From a bacterium (lineage in GTDB: Bacteria > Hinthialibacterota > Hinthialibacteria > Hinthialibacterales > Hinthialibacteraceae), in NCBI GenBank assembly GCA_963663405.2, contig CAXXSM010000110.1, forward strand, positions 125,229 through 189,228: a DNA stretch of 64,000 bases, written 5' to 3'. The notes under the pieces were generated by a model. That model did no database searches. It saw only the letters and a program-made list of their open reading frames with translations, and had not been told where the DNA came from. This document shows, piece by piece, positions 29,050 to 38,401 of this stretch (its first letter is position 1; each line of letters begins with the position of its first letter). Both the position numbers and the translations under genes were made by a program.

Positions 29050-30216
29050 TCAGGGGCTTCGATTCCGATTGAGGGTTTCAATGACAATCACGTTACAGCT
29101 TTTGCAACGCGGACATTTAGGCCATTCCGGCGCCGATTCTTGGCCGGTCCGATCGAATACTGCTTTGTCGTTGGTCTCTTTTGAAACGATGGAATTCTCA
29201 ACCGATTCGGGAATAGAAACGCTCTCCGCCTTGGGGGCGAGGAGCAAACGGATTCGATTGCGTGTGTCCCGATGACAGTGATGCCACAGCCCATAGTAGC
29301 GGACTTTATGGAAGCCGCGGGGGAGCACATGCATCACGAAGCGCCGCAGAAATTCTTCGCCCGGCAAGCGGAGAGTTCGCCAATGCTTCTCTTTGAAGGT
29401 CTTGTAGCGGAACGTCACGTGGGTAGCGTCCATTGCCAGAAGCCGGTGGTTGGAGATCGCGATGCGATAGACATAGCGCCCCAGGTAATTCAAGATGGCT
29501 TTCACGCCTTTGCCATACGGTTTGCAGAACGAGTTCCAGCCTCTATTCCAGACCTTGGTCTCGATGCCTTGGAAGATCTCCGGCGCCGCTTTTTCGAGCC
29601 GTTCTTTAAAGCGCCGGCGAACGAGTAAGCTGAGCGTTCCCACATGGAGAAGCCATTTCGGGTGGCGGAGTTCCATCCAAGAGTGGCCGTCCTCACTCAC
29701 GGCGCCGGCGCTGACCAACAGATGGACATGTGGATGCAATTCCAGATCTCCCCGCCAAGTGTGCAGCACGGCCAGGATCGCCGGGGTCCCGCCAACGACT
29801 TGGGGATTGCGCATCAGATCCATGATACAGGAAGCAGCCGTCGTCATCAGCAACCCATAGAGAATCTTTTGATGAGCCAAGAAAGCCGCCCGGATAGACT
29901 GCGGAACTGTTACGATTACATGAAAGTAACGGCAGCCAAGCATCTGGTCTTCCCGCTTCTCGATCCATTGCCGCATCGCCTGGGAATGACAGGACGGACA
30001 GGATCGATTGCCACACCCGTGATACACCCAGAAGTCTTCGCCGCAGTCCTGACAGTGATAACGATGCCCTCCCAGTTCCGCCGTATGACAGGCCATGATA
30101 TCGTGCAGCGCTTTACGCTGGGAGGGCAAAAGGCGCTTCCCTTGCTGCCGGATATAGGCCGGGCCAAACCGGCGAACCACATCGCCGAGTTCGAGGTTCG
30201 ATGAAGTGCAATTCAT
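29050..30216 (-). CDS. IS91-family (HUH/Y2) transposase
   Basis: Zn-binding CHT...CQDC...CGNRSCPSC, HTW...HPHVHLLV (HUH), YLGRYVYR, EFLRRFVMHVLPRGFHKVRYYG. Confidence 0.95.
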   Translation of the reverse strand: MNCTSSNLELGDVVRRFGPAYIRQQGKRLLPSQRKALHDIMACHTAELGGHRYHCQDCGEDFWVYHGCGNRSCPSCHSQAMRQWIEKREDQMLGCRYFHVIVTVPQSIRAAFLAHQKILYGLLMTTAASCIMDLMRNPQVVGGTPAILAVLHTWRGDLELHPHVHLLVSAGAVSEDGHSWMELRHPKWLLHVGTLSLLVRRRFKERLEKAAPEIFQGIETKVWNRGWNSFCKPYGKGVKAILNYLGRYVYRIAISNHRLLAMDATHVTFRYKTFKEKHWRTLRLPGEEFLRRFVMHVLPRGFHKVRYYGLWHHCHRDTRNRIRLLLAPKAESVSIPESVENSIVSKETNDKAVFDRTGQESAPEWPKCPRCKSCNVIVIETLNRNRSP

Positions 30217-30225
30217 GATTCCTCC

Positions 30226-31073
30226 TCACATCAGATCGGCGAACACGGCGTTGATCCGATCCTGAGCCTCGTGGCGAAGCGGCTCAGTCAAATGAGTGTA
30301 GATCTGTGTCGAACGAATACTGGAATGGCCGAGAAGAATCTGGACAACGCGCAGGCTTTCGCCGTTCTCCAGCAATCTGCTGGCAAACGAATGACGCATC
30401 GAATGCGGCTTCACATCGTCTGTCAGCCCGGTAGCGTTACAGGCCAAGCGAAACGCTTTGCCGAGTGTCGATGAGGGAATGTGGTTGGAGCCTTGTTGGT
30501 TGGGGAATAGCCAGGTGGGATGGCGATGCATCAACCAGAGTTCACGCATCGGCTCCAACAAGGTGTCCGGGAGAGGAACGATTCGCTCTTTATCGCCCTT
30601 CCCAATAATCCGTAAACTCATTTGGTTGGAATCGATCTGCCGCACCGGAAGAGAGATGACTTCACTGGTCCGAAGGCCGCACGCATACATCAACGTTAGA
30701 GCCAACCGGTAGGGCGTTTTCCTGACGGCGGCCAGGAGGGCGCGAACTTGGGAATGGGTTAATGAATGCGGCAGGCGCTTTTGGCGAGGCTTACGAATCT
30801 TTTTTTTGCAAACAACGGCCACCCCAGATCCAGCGTGGTTTGATAAAGAAATTTCAGCGCGCTGTAGTGGACCTGAAACGTTCCGAGAGCGACTTTCTTC
30901 ACGTCTCGCAAATTCAGTAAATAGACCCGGACGAGTTCCTCGCTAATGCATTCTGGCGAGCAATCAAATTCTAGAGCGAATGAGGCGACGGCTCGGACGT
31001 ATGCTTTTTGCGTGCCTTCGCTCAGTCCTGCTAACGTCATGTCTTCGATCATGCGTTTCCGTAATGATTTCAT
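30226..31073 (-). CDS. tyrosine recombinase split by a -1 frameshift at an A8 run (30800-30807)
   Basis: N-terminal SAM-like half (MKSLRKRMIEDMTLAGLSEGTQKAY) and catalytic half (YACGLRTSE, GKGDKER, HSMRHSFA, LLGHSSIRSTQIY) join as WPLFAKK/KIRKPRQKRLP. Confidence 0.92.
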
Positions 31074-31172
31074 GATCTTTCTCCTGTAAATAAGTAGTGG
31101 TTGGCAGTCTTACAGCCACTGCCTTCTCAGAAGAAATACATGACAACTCAGGAGATTTCGCAAGGGGATTGT

Positions 31173-34100
31173 TCAACTAGAAAATTCGGCGTACGACACT
31201 CTGCGGCGGAGCCGCTTCGTCCAAGCATCCTTTTTAATCGGCAGTTTTACAGTGAATGTAGTTCCATTTTTTTCTTCGCTTTCCACAGTTATCGTTCCAC
31301 CATGTTGCTCAATGATGCTGTATGAAAGGGATAAGCCCAATCCGGTTCCCGATCCAACCGGTTTGGTCGTAAAGAATGGATCGAAAACCTTTGATAGATT
31401 TACTTGGGGAATTCCTTTGCCGTCATCCTGGATGTGTATAATCACATGCTCATTTTCCATACGAGTATATATCCAGATGTTTCCTTTGTCTTCGATGAAT
31501 TCGATTGTGTTTTTGAGAACATTCATGAAAACCTGATTGATCTGGCCAGGAGAACAAGTGATTTTTGGAATGTCGCTGTAATATTTGTGAATAGTGATAC
31601 GGTCTCGGCATTGATTTTCGAGAAAAGATAGGGTTGAATCAATGGCGTTATGAATATCGTAAGATGATTGATGCGTTTGGTCAATGCGGATGTATTGTCG
31701 AAGATCTGAGACAATATTGGCAATACGCAATGAACCTTCTTCGAAGGATTGAAAGATTTTATCGCTATCCTGAGTGACAAAATCTAGATCGGCTTCTTCA
31801 AAAATGGATTCATAGTGCATGCGTATTGATTCAGGAAAGTGCTTTTTGTCCTCACGAACCGTGTTCACAAGATTACATAAACCATGCATATACTCTTTCA
31901 ACGGCTGGATATTGCTTTTTATGAAATTGATGGGATTGTTGATCTCGTGGGCGACACCGGCGACGAGTTGACCAAGCGACGCCATTTTTCCCGATTGGAT
32001 AAGTTGGTTTTGAGTTTGACGGAGTGTTTTGTAACTCAGGCGCAGTTTGAAATGACGGTTGAAAGCATAGGAAACGGATAGAATCGCTAATAGCAGAATG
32101 GTAATAATTCGATAATCCAGATACCATGGTAAATCAACTGTGAAGTTCCATGACTCTGGTTCGCTTTTATTCCAATTCCGATCCATGGCTCGAACCTGAA
32201 AACAATGGTCACCCGGCGTTAAATTACTACACTTTGCAACAGTATCATCTTTGAATTGTGACCATGAAGCATCATCAATTCGATAAGAATAATAGAGCCG
32301 GTTTGAAGTTGTGTAATTCCATTTGTCAGTTCCTGAATAATTAAAATTGACTTCACCGCCTGATGCAATTTCACGAACATTTTTAGGATCGATGATGGCT
32401 TTGGGCGGATCTTGATCCGCTGTCGTGTCGAACTTCCCGATTCCTTTCGTCGTACATGCCCATATATCACCAGTACGATCAATCAGCACATCATTTACAT
32501 AAGAACTGGGCAAGCCATCTTCTTGATTAAAAGTGTCCCAACTTCCTTCAGAATAACGGTGCAGGCCTGATCCTGACGCAATCCAAATCGTCCCATCTTG
32601 TCCTTGTGTCATTGATCGAACCTGATCGAATGACTCATATTCTGATTCAACTTCAGACCATTTCTTTCCATCGTATTTAGAGATTTTATCGCGACCACCA
32701 AACCAAATTTTTCCGTCATGTAATTGTAAAATACTCAAGACTCCCCCATCTTTAATCTCATCGATATGTCCAAAAGTCTGATATTGTTCATTCGAACGAT
32801 ATACCGCTAAACCATCTTCTCCCGTTCCTCCGAACCATACATTTCCATCTTCATCTTCATAGATACAACGTAATTCACCAATTTTCCAATCACTTCCTTT
32901 ATCTAAAAAAGGGTGAAATTGCGTCCCATCATAATATTCTATGCGAAAATGTTTATAATAGTCTTCCCGTTTAAATTGAATCCAGCACGTCTGATTTTTT
33001 CGCGGAGCAATTAAACCAATTGTTTCACTTACCGCCTTGACATGCTCTGATTTGTGGGTTTTAGAATCAAACAATTGTAAATAATCTTTCGCGTTAGTCC
33101 CAATTGCAATACGGTTATTTGGAAGTTGTACTATAGAATCTGTCTGAAATGATTTTGTTTCTATATCATCCTCTAGTTGGATTGTTTCCCATTTGCCATT
33201 TTGATACGTTTCAAGCAAATTCCCACAGGAAAACCATAATTTACCTTCATTATCCTCAAAAATACTATTAATATTAGATCGGATTTCCTTGATCTCTTTC
33301 GGCGCACTCCATATAGAAGGAGAACAACGGGCGATTCCCAGTGAAGTAGATATCCAGAATTTTCTTTCGGATTCAATGGAAACGTCTAAAAATTTCCCCG
33401 ATAAAACTCCCTCGCCGGGTATCATATTTACATCGTATCCGGTTCCATCTCTTTTAGGATATAGCCGCATAAGTTCATTTTTCGACATCACCCAAATACA
33501 ATCTTGATCACCTCTCCAACCAGCTATGATGTTAATATTGCTGTTATCGTCAGCTGGATAAATTCTCTCCCAATTCTCATCTTGAAAGCGTAGTAAAATT
33601 TTTCTTGTTTTCTCTATTTTATGTCCTACTACAAACAGTTCACCAGATTTGCTTTCGATGGGAGAGTGCAAATCTTTTATGTTCCACTCTTTATCCAGTA
33701 TACTTTCAATATAGTTTGTGCACTTTTCCTTTTCTTGAAGATCTATATCCAGTCTTGCAATCCCTTTTTCTCCTGTTAGCCAGAATCCACCCTTGCTATT
33801 CTTCGCGATCTCAAGAAACCGGCCTAGTCTTGTATTGGTTGCCGATTGAATCTCTGACGACATTTTTGTCTTCGCGTTAAATCCAATTAGACGATCTGGT
33901 AGTAAAAAGATAAATTGATCCTCTTTGTAAGGTAAAAAAGGTAAGAGATAAGAATTTTCGTCGATTCCGGCAATTTTTACGGAATGAGATATGTCATCAA
34001 TTTTAGTATCTTTAAGCGCTTCTATAGAATAAAATTCCCAATGATCTTGATCTTTCATGTACTTTTGAATACCATTCCAATTCCAACTTCCATCATGGTG

Positions 34101-34472
34101 TTGAGCCCAAATATGGCCTTGAACGTCTTCATACACATGTAGAAATGAGCCTGGACTTTTGATTCTATTAATTTTGTAACCATCATACCAACTCATTTCT
34201 CTAACATCCCCATGATTTATCCAAACATTACGATTTTCGCTGAAAGAGATGAATGGTGTATACGATTCTTTTAATCCATCTGAGGCTCTCCAAAAACGCC
34301 AATTCATATTTTGCTGAGCCCATAGAGATTGAAAAGACGATAAGATAAGCAGTAAAAGAAGAAATAATCGATAGGAATACACCCTAATCTGTTCTTGTTC
34401 AGCGTGAGATGGAATCGTTATTACACGGAAAGTGAGAGTCGAAGATAATTTTGTATGAGTTATTTTAGGCAT
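31173..34472 (-). CDS. periplasmic beta-propeller (Reg_prop)/Y_Y_Y sensor histidine kinase; last 16 codons come from the IS91-type end
   Basis: Hydrophobic N-terminal segment, repeated EDxxGxxWFG blades, LYYSYRID...FQVRAMD (Y_Y_Y), TM, AHEINNP, GTGLGL; tail WTKRLRRRVSYAEFSS read from the element. Confidence 0.93.
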   Translation of the reverse strand: MPKITHTKLSSTLTFRVITIPSHAEQEQIRVYSYRLFLLLLLILSSFQSLWAQQNMNWRFWRASDGLKESYTPFISFSENRNVWINHGDVREMSWYDGYKINRIKSPGSFLHVYEDVQGHIWAQHHDGSWNWNGIQKYMKDQDHWEFYSIEALKDTKIDDISHSVKIAGIDENSYLLPFLPYKEDQFIFLLPDRLIGFNAKTKMSSEIQSATNTRLGRFLEIAKNSKGGFWLTGEKGIARLDIDLQEKEKCTNYIESILDKEWNIKDLHSPIESKSGELFVVGHKIEKTRKILLRFQDENWERIYPADDNSNINIIAGWRGDQDCIWVMSKNELMRLYPKRDGTGYDVNMIPGEGVLSGKFLDVSIESERKFWISTSLGIARCSPSIWSAPKEIKEIRSNINSIFEDNEGKLWFSCGNLLETYQNGKWETIQLEDDIETKSFQTDSIVQLPNNRIAIGTNAKDYLQLFDSKTHKSEHVKAVSETIGLIAPRKNQTCWIQFKREDYYKHFRIEYYDGTQFHPFLDKGSDWKIGELRCIYEDEDGNVWFGGTGEDGLAVYRSNEQYQTFGHIDEIKDGGVLSILQLHDGKIWFGGRDKISKYDGKKWSEVESEYESFDQVRSMTQGQDGTIWIASGSGLHRYSEGSWDTFNQEDGLPSSYVNDVLIDRTGDIWACTTKGIGKFDTTADQDPPKAIIDPKNVREIASGGEVNFNYSGTDKWNYTTSNRLYYSYRIDDASWSQFKDDTVAKCSNLTPGDHCFQVRAMDRNWNKSEPESWNFTVDLPWYLDYRIITILLLAILSVSYAFNRHFKLRLSYKTLRQTQNQLIQSGKMASLGQLVAGVAHEINNPINFIKSNIQPLKEYMHGLCNLVNTVREDKKHFPESIRMHYESIFEEADLDFVTQDSDKIFQSFEEGSLRIANIVSDLRQYIRIDQTHQSSYDIHNAIDSTLSFLENQCRDRITIHKYYSDIPKITCSPGQINQVFMNVLKNTIEFIEDKGNIWIYTRMENEHVIIHIQDDGKGIPQVNLSKVFDPFFTTKPVGSGTGLGLSLSYSIIEQHGGTITVESEEKNGTTFTVKLPIKKDAWTKRLRRRVSYAEFSS

Positions 34473-35105
34473 GAGGAATACTCGAAATAATTTGATCAGG
34501 TAAGGTGAAAAGTCAGTTTTTCACCTTGGCAACCTATCGCCGCATATCCAACCGGTTATTCCTTGTGGATTGTGGCGCCACGAGTCCATGTCAATTTTAC
34601 TAGTTAATTTTTATCATGCAAAAAATATTGAATGACGTCAAGATAACTCAAGTCATAATGACGAACTTTCTTTCGTTCCCTTGCTTTACGTAATTTCTGA
34701 TCTCGATCTTTAAAAATCGATTCGTAATGATTCCCTTTGACCTAAGCGGTTATGTTGATTTCAAACAAAATCCGATGGAATTTTTTGTAACTGCATGTAC
34801 AAACGTCAATACGCTACAGAGTTCAAAAGCCTTTTAAATGGAAGTTTTCCTTGTAGATTGAGGGGTAAAAGTCTGAAATATAGGATTTCTGAGTTTCATG
34901 AAGTTATCTTTGAATAATTACAAACAACTTAAACGCTATTAAATCAACCTATTAAGATAATTTAGACAAACACTAACATATTTCTAAAAAATTGCTTGAC
35001 TTTCTATATTTTTGAATGAGATAATTGGAGAGATTCAAGAAAACGGATTCATTTCCAGCTCAAATGGGAAATTCCGGGTAATAATACATATTGTGAAGGA
35101 GATTT

Positions 35106-35501
35106 ATGATGGCTGATACTGACAACAAAAAGGAGAAAACAATCGTTGAACCTGTCTACAAAGGGAAGATAAAAATCGATGTTATCATCGGAAGCCGCTA
35201 TTATAAATGGGAATATAAAGATACATTAAATGAATTCCTGAATGATCCCAACAATAATTTTGAAGAGTTAAAAAAACAGAAAGGTTCCAATATTACTAAT
35301 GAGGAAATAGAAAGATTTATATTTGAACTCGATCCTACACGAATTCTTGTTGGTCCGGAAATGTGTCATAAAGAGGGGATCAGAGCCAAACTGGAAATAT
35401 ATCCGGAGGGATGTCCACCATCTAAGCGGCGAATATTTTACCTTGTCGATGAGAGTGAATATGTTAAGAGAGATCAAACCCCTGGTTCTTGTGAAAGTTA
35501 A
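35106..35501 (+). CDS. hypothetical protein
   Basis: 131 aa, AAGGAG RBS, candidate TTGACT...GATAAT promoter upstream; no recognisable family. Confidence 0.7.
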   Translation: MMADTDNKKEKTIVEPVYKGKIKIDVIIGSRYYKWEYKDTLNEFLNDPNNNFEELKKQKGSNITNEEIERFIFELDPTRILVGPEMCHKEGIRAKLEIYPEGCPPSKRRIFYLVDESEYVKRDQTPGSCES

Positions 35502-35599
35502 TGAATACCTGAACGCGAAAGTAATTTTATACTGATTCTAACATAAACGCAACGTACAATGTCTTATTATCCCTCACAAAAATAGGTTCAGGTTTAGAT

Positions 35600-36790
35600 G
35601 TGGATCAATCATTGAAAAGAAAACGTATCCATGTTATAAGTTTTGCAAACACTCGCGCCACCGATCAATATGCCCATTGTTCTTTAACGTCATTGTCACG
35701 TTCTTTCTGCCGAATGATGCAATTGGAGAATTATGAGATATTATATTATGGGAAAGAAGGTGATGATGTAGAGTGCTGTGAATTAATAGAATGCATGAGT
35801 TTGAAAGAATTTGAACGATACTTTTGTTCCAATCAGGATCATAACACCCATGTATCACTGCATGATTCCGATTCGGAAGGGAAGATCATATTTAACAAAA
35901 ATGTAGCAAACGCCCTTCGTGAGCGAATCCAGAAACCTGAAATCGTCATCATATCGATAAGTGGCATCGTACCTTTCATAAAAGAAATTCCAAACGCAAT
36001 TCTGATGGATGCTCATGTCGGCCATTCTTGTATGCTAGCGAAATATAACGTATTCCCTTCCAAATCCTGGAGAGCATTTTTATACAGCCGATACAATAAT
36101 AGTGAAGTAAAAAAATCTCATACTTCCCCTTATTGGAATGATGTAGTCATTTACCATTATTTGGATTTGAATCAGTACAAGTTGGTACAAGATAAAGAAG
36201 ATTATGCCGTGTTTTTAGGTCGTTTAAATTTCAATAAGGGAGTCTATCAAGTAATCACTTCTTGTGAGGAATTAAAGATTCCTCTGAAAATCGCTGGCGC
36301 CTTTTCTGCAGAATCTGAAGAGAGAAAATTCTTGGAATTTTGTAAAAATAAATCATATGTAGAGTACCTCGGTACGATCGACATTCAAGAGAAAATCAAT
36401 ATCGTCAGTAAAGCAAAATGCCTTCTTTGTCCCACATTATATTTTGAGCCGTTTGGCATGGTTGCAATTGAGGCCATGTCTTTAGGAACGCCGGTTATTG
36501 CCACGGATTGGGGCGGTTTTGCAGAAACGGTCGTGCATGGGAAAACCGGATTTTTGATTGGTTACCATTCTGAATTGTTGAATGCTCTAAAAAAAGTCAA
36601 CGATATATCTCCTCAGGATTGTAGAGAATGGGTTGAAGCAAATTTTAACATGGATAAAACGGTACACTTTTATGATCGATTCATACAGCGGGTGGAATCG
36701 ATTGAGACGGCGGAGGGGAATCCATGGTACACGGCAGAATTAAATGACCCGAATCCCATTTCCCAAGCGTTAGTGTATCCATGGCGATGA
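35600..36790 (+). CDS. GT4-family glycosyltransferase
   Basis: FLGRLNFNKG and EPFGMVAIEAMSLGTPVI (EX7E) motifs, HGKTGF. Confidence 0.93.
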   Translation: MDQSLKRKRIHVISFANTRATDQYAHCSLTSLSRSFCRMMQLENYEILYYGKEGDDVECCELIECMSLKEFERYFCSNQDHNTHVSLHDSDSEGKIIFNKNVANALRERIQKPEIVIISISGIVPFIKEIPNAILMDAHVGHSCMLAKYNVFPSKSWRAFLYSRYNNSEVKKSHTSPYWNDVVIYHYLDLNQYKLVQDKEDYAVFLGRLNFNKGVYQVITSCEELKIPLKIAGAFSAESEERKFLEFCKNKSYVEYLGTIDIQEKINIVSKAKCLLCPTLYFEPFGMVAIEAMSLGTPVIATDWGGFAETVVHGKTGFLIGYHSELLNALKKVNDISPQDCREWVEANFNMDKTVHFYDRFIQRVESIETAEGNPWYTAELNDPNPISQALVYPWR

Positions 36791-36820
36791 TTTCAATCAT
36801 TTTTCCAATTCGATAATGGT

Positions 36821-37780
36821 TTATATACTATTCACTACGTCATTCATTTTTTGGGCTGATACGGCAACGCCATATGATCCCGCAAGATTTTCATCATGAA
36901 TCCCAACCGCTTTTCCCGTTTTTAAATTCAGAATAACAGAACCAGAACTCCCAGGTGAAGTACTACAGTCGTGCTCTATCAAATTTTCTTCATCCCGTAT
37001 TTCTAATATCATCCCTGGGGAGACACGCTTGATACAGTAATCATGATCAATGAATGTATCAAATGGAGTTGGATTTTCATCTGCTCCAGGAAAACCAATG
37101 GTGACAACTTCAGTTGTATTCGCTTTTATAGGCTTTAAATCTAATTCGATCGCATTCAATCCATTTCTATGTTCAATTCGAAAAAAAGCAATATCAGGTT
37201 CTTTATACATATCCATATACAGTATTTCTGTAAATTCCACAAAATTTTCCTCAATCAACTCAGGACCATAAGAAAAATCAATACCAACACGAATCGGATA
37301 ACTATTTTTATTTTTAAATTGATAATCACCAAATTTGATTTCAGCAAATTGTACTGCTACATGACAGTTTGTTACTACAATCGCATTTGTATTCGGATGA
37401 AAGACTAACCAACCAGTACCAGCAAAACGCGGTGGAGATTCACCATCATCGATTACAATTCGACCTACTGAAGGTATTGCTTTTAAGATTTTATTTCTAT
37501 TTTTACTATTATTTTCAATTTTATCTCTCCAAGGGAGATATACGCACGAAGAATCGCTTACATATCTCTCAGCTCTAAAAGCTGGACGAATTGAAAAAGG
37601 AATGACATTCTCCACAAGCGGATCACAACCCCATCGATTATTTACTATAAAATCTATTATTTCTGTCTTTTTGTTTTCACAATTCAATTTTCGAAGAACT
37701 TGAGGATTATCAACTTTTCTGAGTTCATCAAGTAAATTCTTTACGACTGATTTCGGTGTTAAAAGGGTATTTATTGCCAT
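36821..37780 (-). CDS. cytoplasmic trypsin-like (V8-type) serine protease
   Basis: GTGWLV, VTNCHV (His), PDIAFF (Asp), HDCSTSPGSSGS (Ser), AVGIH; no signal peptide. Confidence 0.9.
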   Translation of the reverse strand: MAINTLLTPKSVVKNLLDELRKVDNPQVLRKLNCENKKTEIIDFIVNNRWGCDPLVENVIPFSIRPAFRAERYVSDSSCVYLPWRDKIENNSKNRNKILKAIPSVGRIVIDDGESPPRFAGTGWLVFHPNTNAIVVTNCHVAVQFAEIKFGDYQFKNKNSYPIRVGIDFSYGPELIEENFVEFTEILYMDMYKEPDIAFFRIEHRNGLNAIELDLKPIKANTTEVVTIGFPGADENPTPFDTFIDHDYCIKRVSPGMILEIRDEENLIEHDCSTSPGSSGSVILNLKTGKAVGIHDENLAGSYGVAVSAQKMNDVVNSI

Positions 37781-37868
37781 TTTCCATACTCCCTTCCTCT
37801 CTTTTTTACAGCCAGTTATTTAACTCTGGTTTGTTGTGCTTCGTTTATCACAAAGCTAACTTGTTACT

Positions 37869-38214
37869 AGATTATATCACAATGAAACGGAACACATCTA
37901 ATTGCTTGACGATATTAATTGTATACCTACAATCGCCTTTCAATAAAGACTCGTAATTGGGACCGCTATGGTCGTAATTCATGCAGCAATTTCATTGATC
38001 CATAAGGCTTTAATGTGATTTGAAATTGAATGGAATGATAACCTTGTAACGATTGATCAGGAGGATGGCGCATACTCCTGACCTATAAATCATGTATTGA
38101 TTGTAAAATCAAAATAATTCACTGTCTCTGGATTCATTCTTGACCTGTGATAAGCGCTAAAATCCGTTTTACCGATCAGGAATTTCGTAGACCTATATGC
38201 GCATAATATATACA
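37869..38214 (+). mobile_element. MITE-like internal-deletion derivative of the IS481-like element
   Basis: About 37870-38010 matches the left end and promoter; about 38015-38214 matches 23470-23663 (TGTAACGATT..ATCAGG, GCTAAAATC, GCATAA..ACA). The left boundary is approximate. Confidence 0.7.
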
Positions 38215-38401
38215 ATGTAATTCAATGTCAATAAAAAAGCATAAAAACAATTGGTAAAATTAAATTGCAAAACGTCAATATATACAACAATGCAATAAGT
38301 AATTTTGCCAAATTGGAGCGAATATTTGAATCAATAACCACTTGACATAGTTGGATGCGATCACTCATACTAATTAAAAAAATTGTAAATTTTGATTTGT
38401 C

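Larger units (their letters stand above)
28800..31224 (-). mobile_element. IS91-family element of the tyrosine recombinase + Y2 transposase type
   Basis: Two-gene cassette; TTGGACGAAG at 28841-28850 and its inverse CTTCGTCCAA at 31215-31224; hairpin GAGTTTTTATC...GATACAAACTC at 28805-28838. Confidence 0.85.

Noticed and set aside
28800-31073. Integron (tyrosine recombinase plus attC-like hairpin)
   Set aside because: The recombinase is short with no IntI-specific insertion evident, is coupled to a Y2 transposase, and no attC array is visible.
34385-34472. Kinase N-terminus MPKITHTKLSS...IPSHAEQEQI resembles an HsdS conserved segment (possible inverted hsdS piece)
   Set aside because: The match is short, the upstream frame closes after 16 codons without HsdS character, and no inverted repeat shared with hsdS was seen.
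34610-34740. Possible IS3-like transposase C-terminal remnant (GNHYESIFKDRDQKLRKARERK)
   Set aside because: Too short and without a recognisable end to call.
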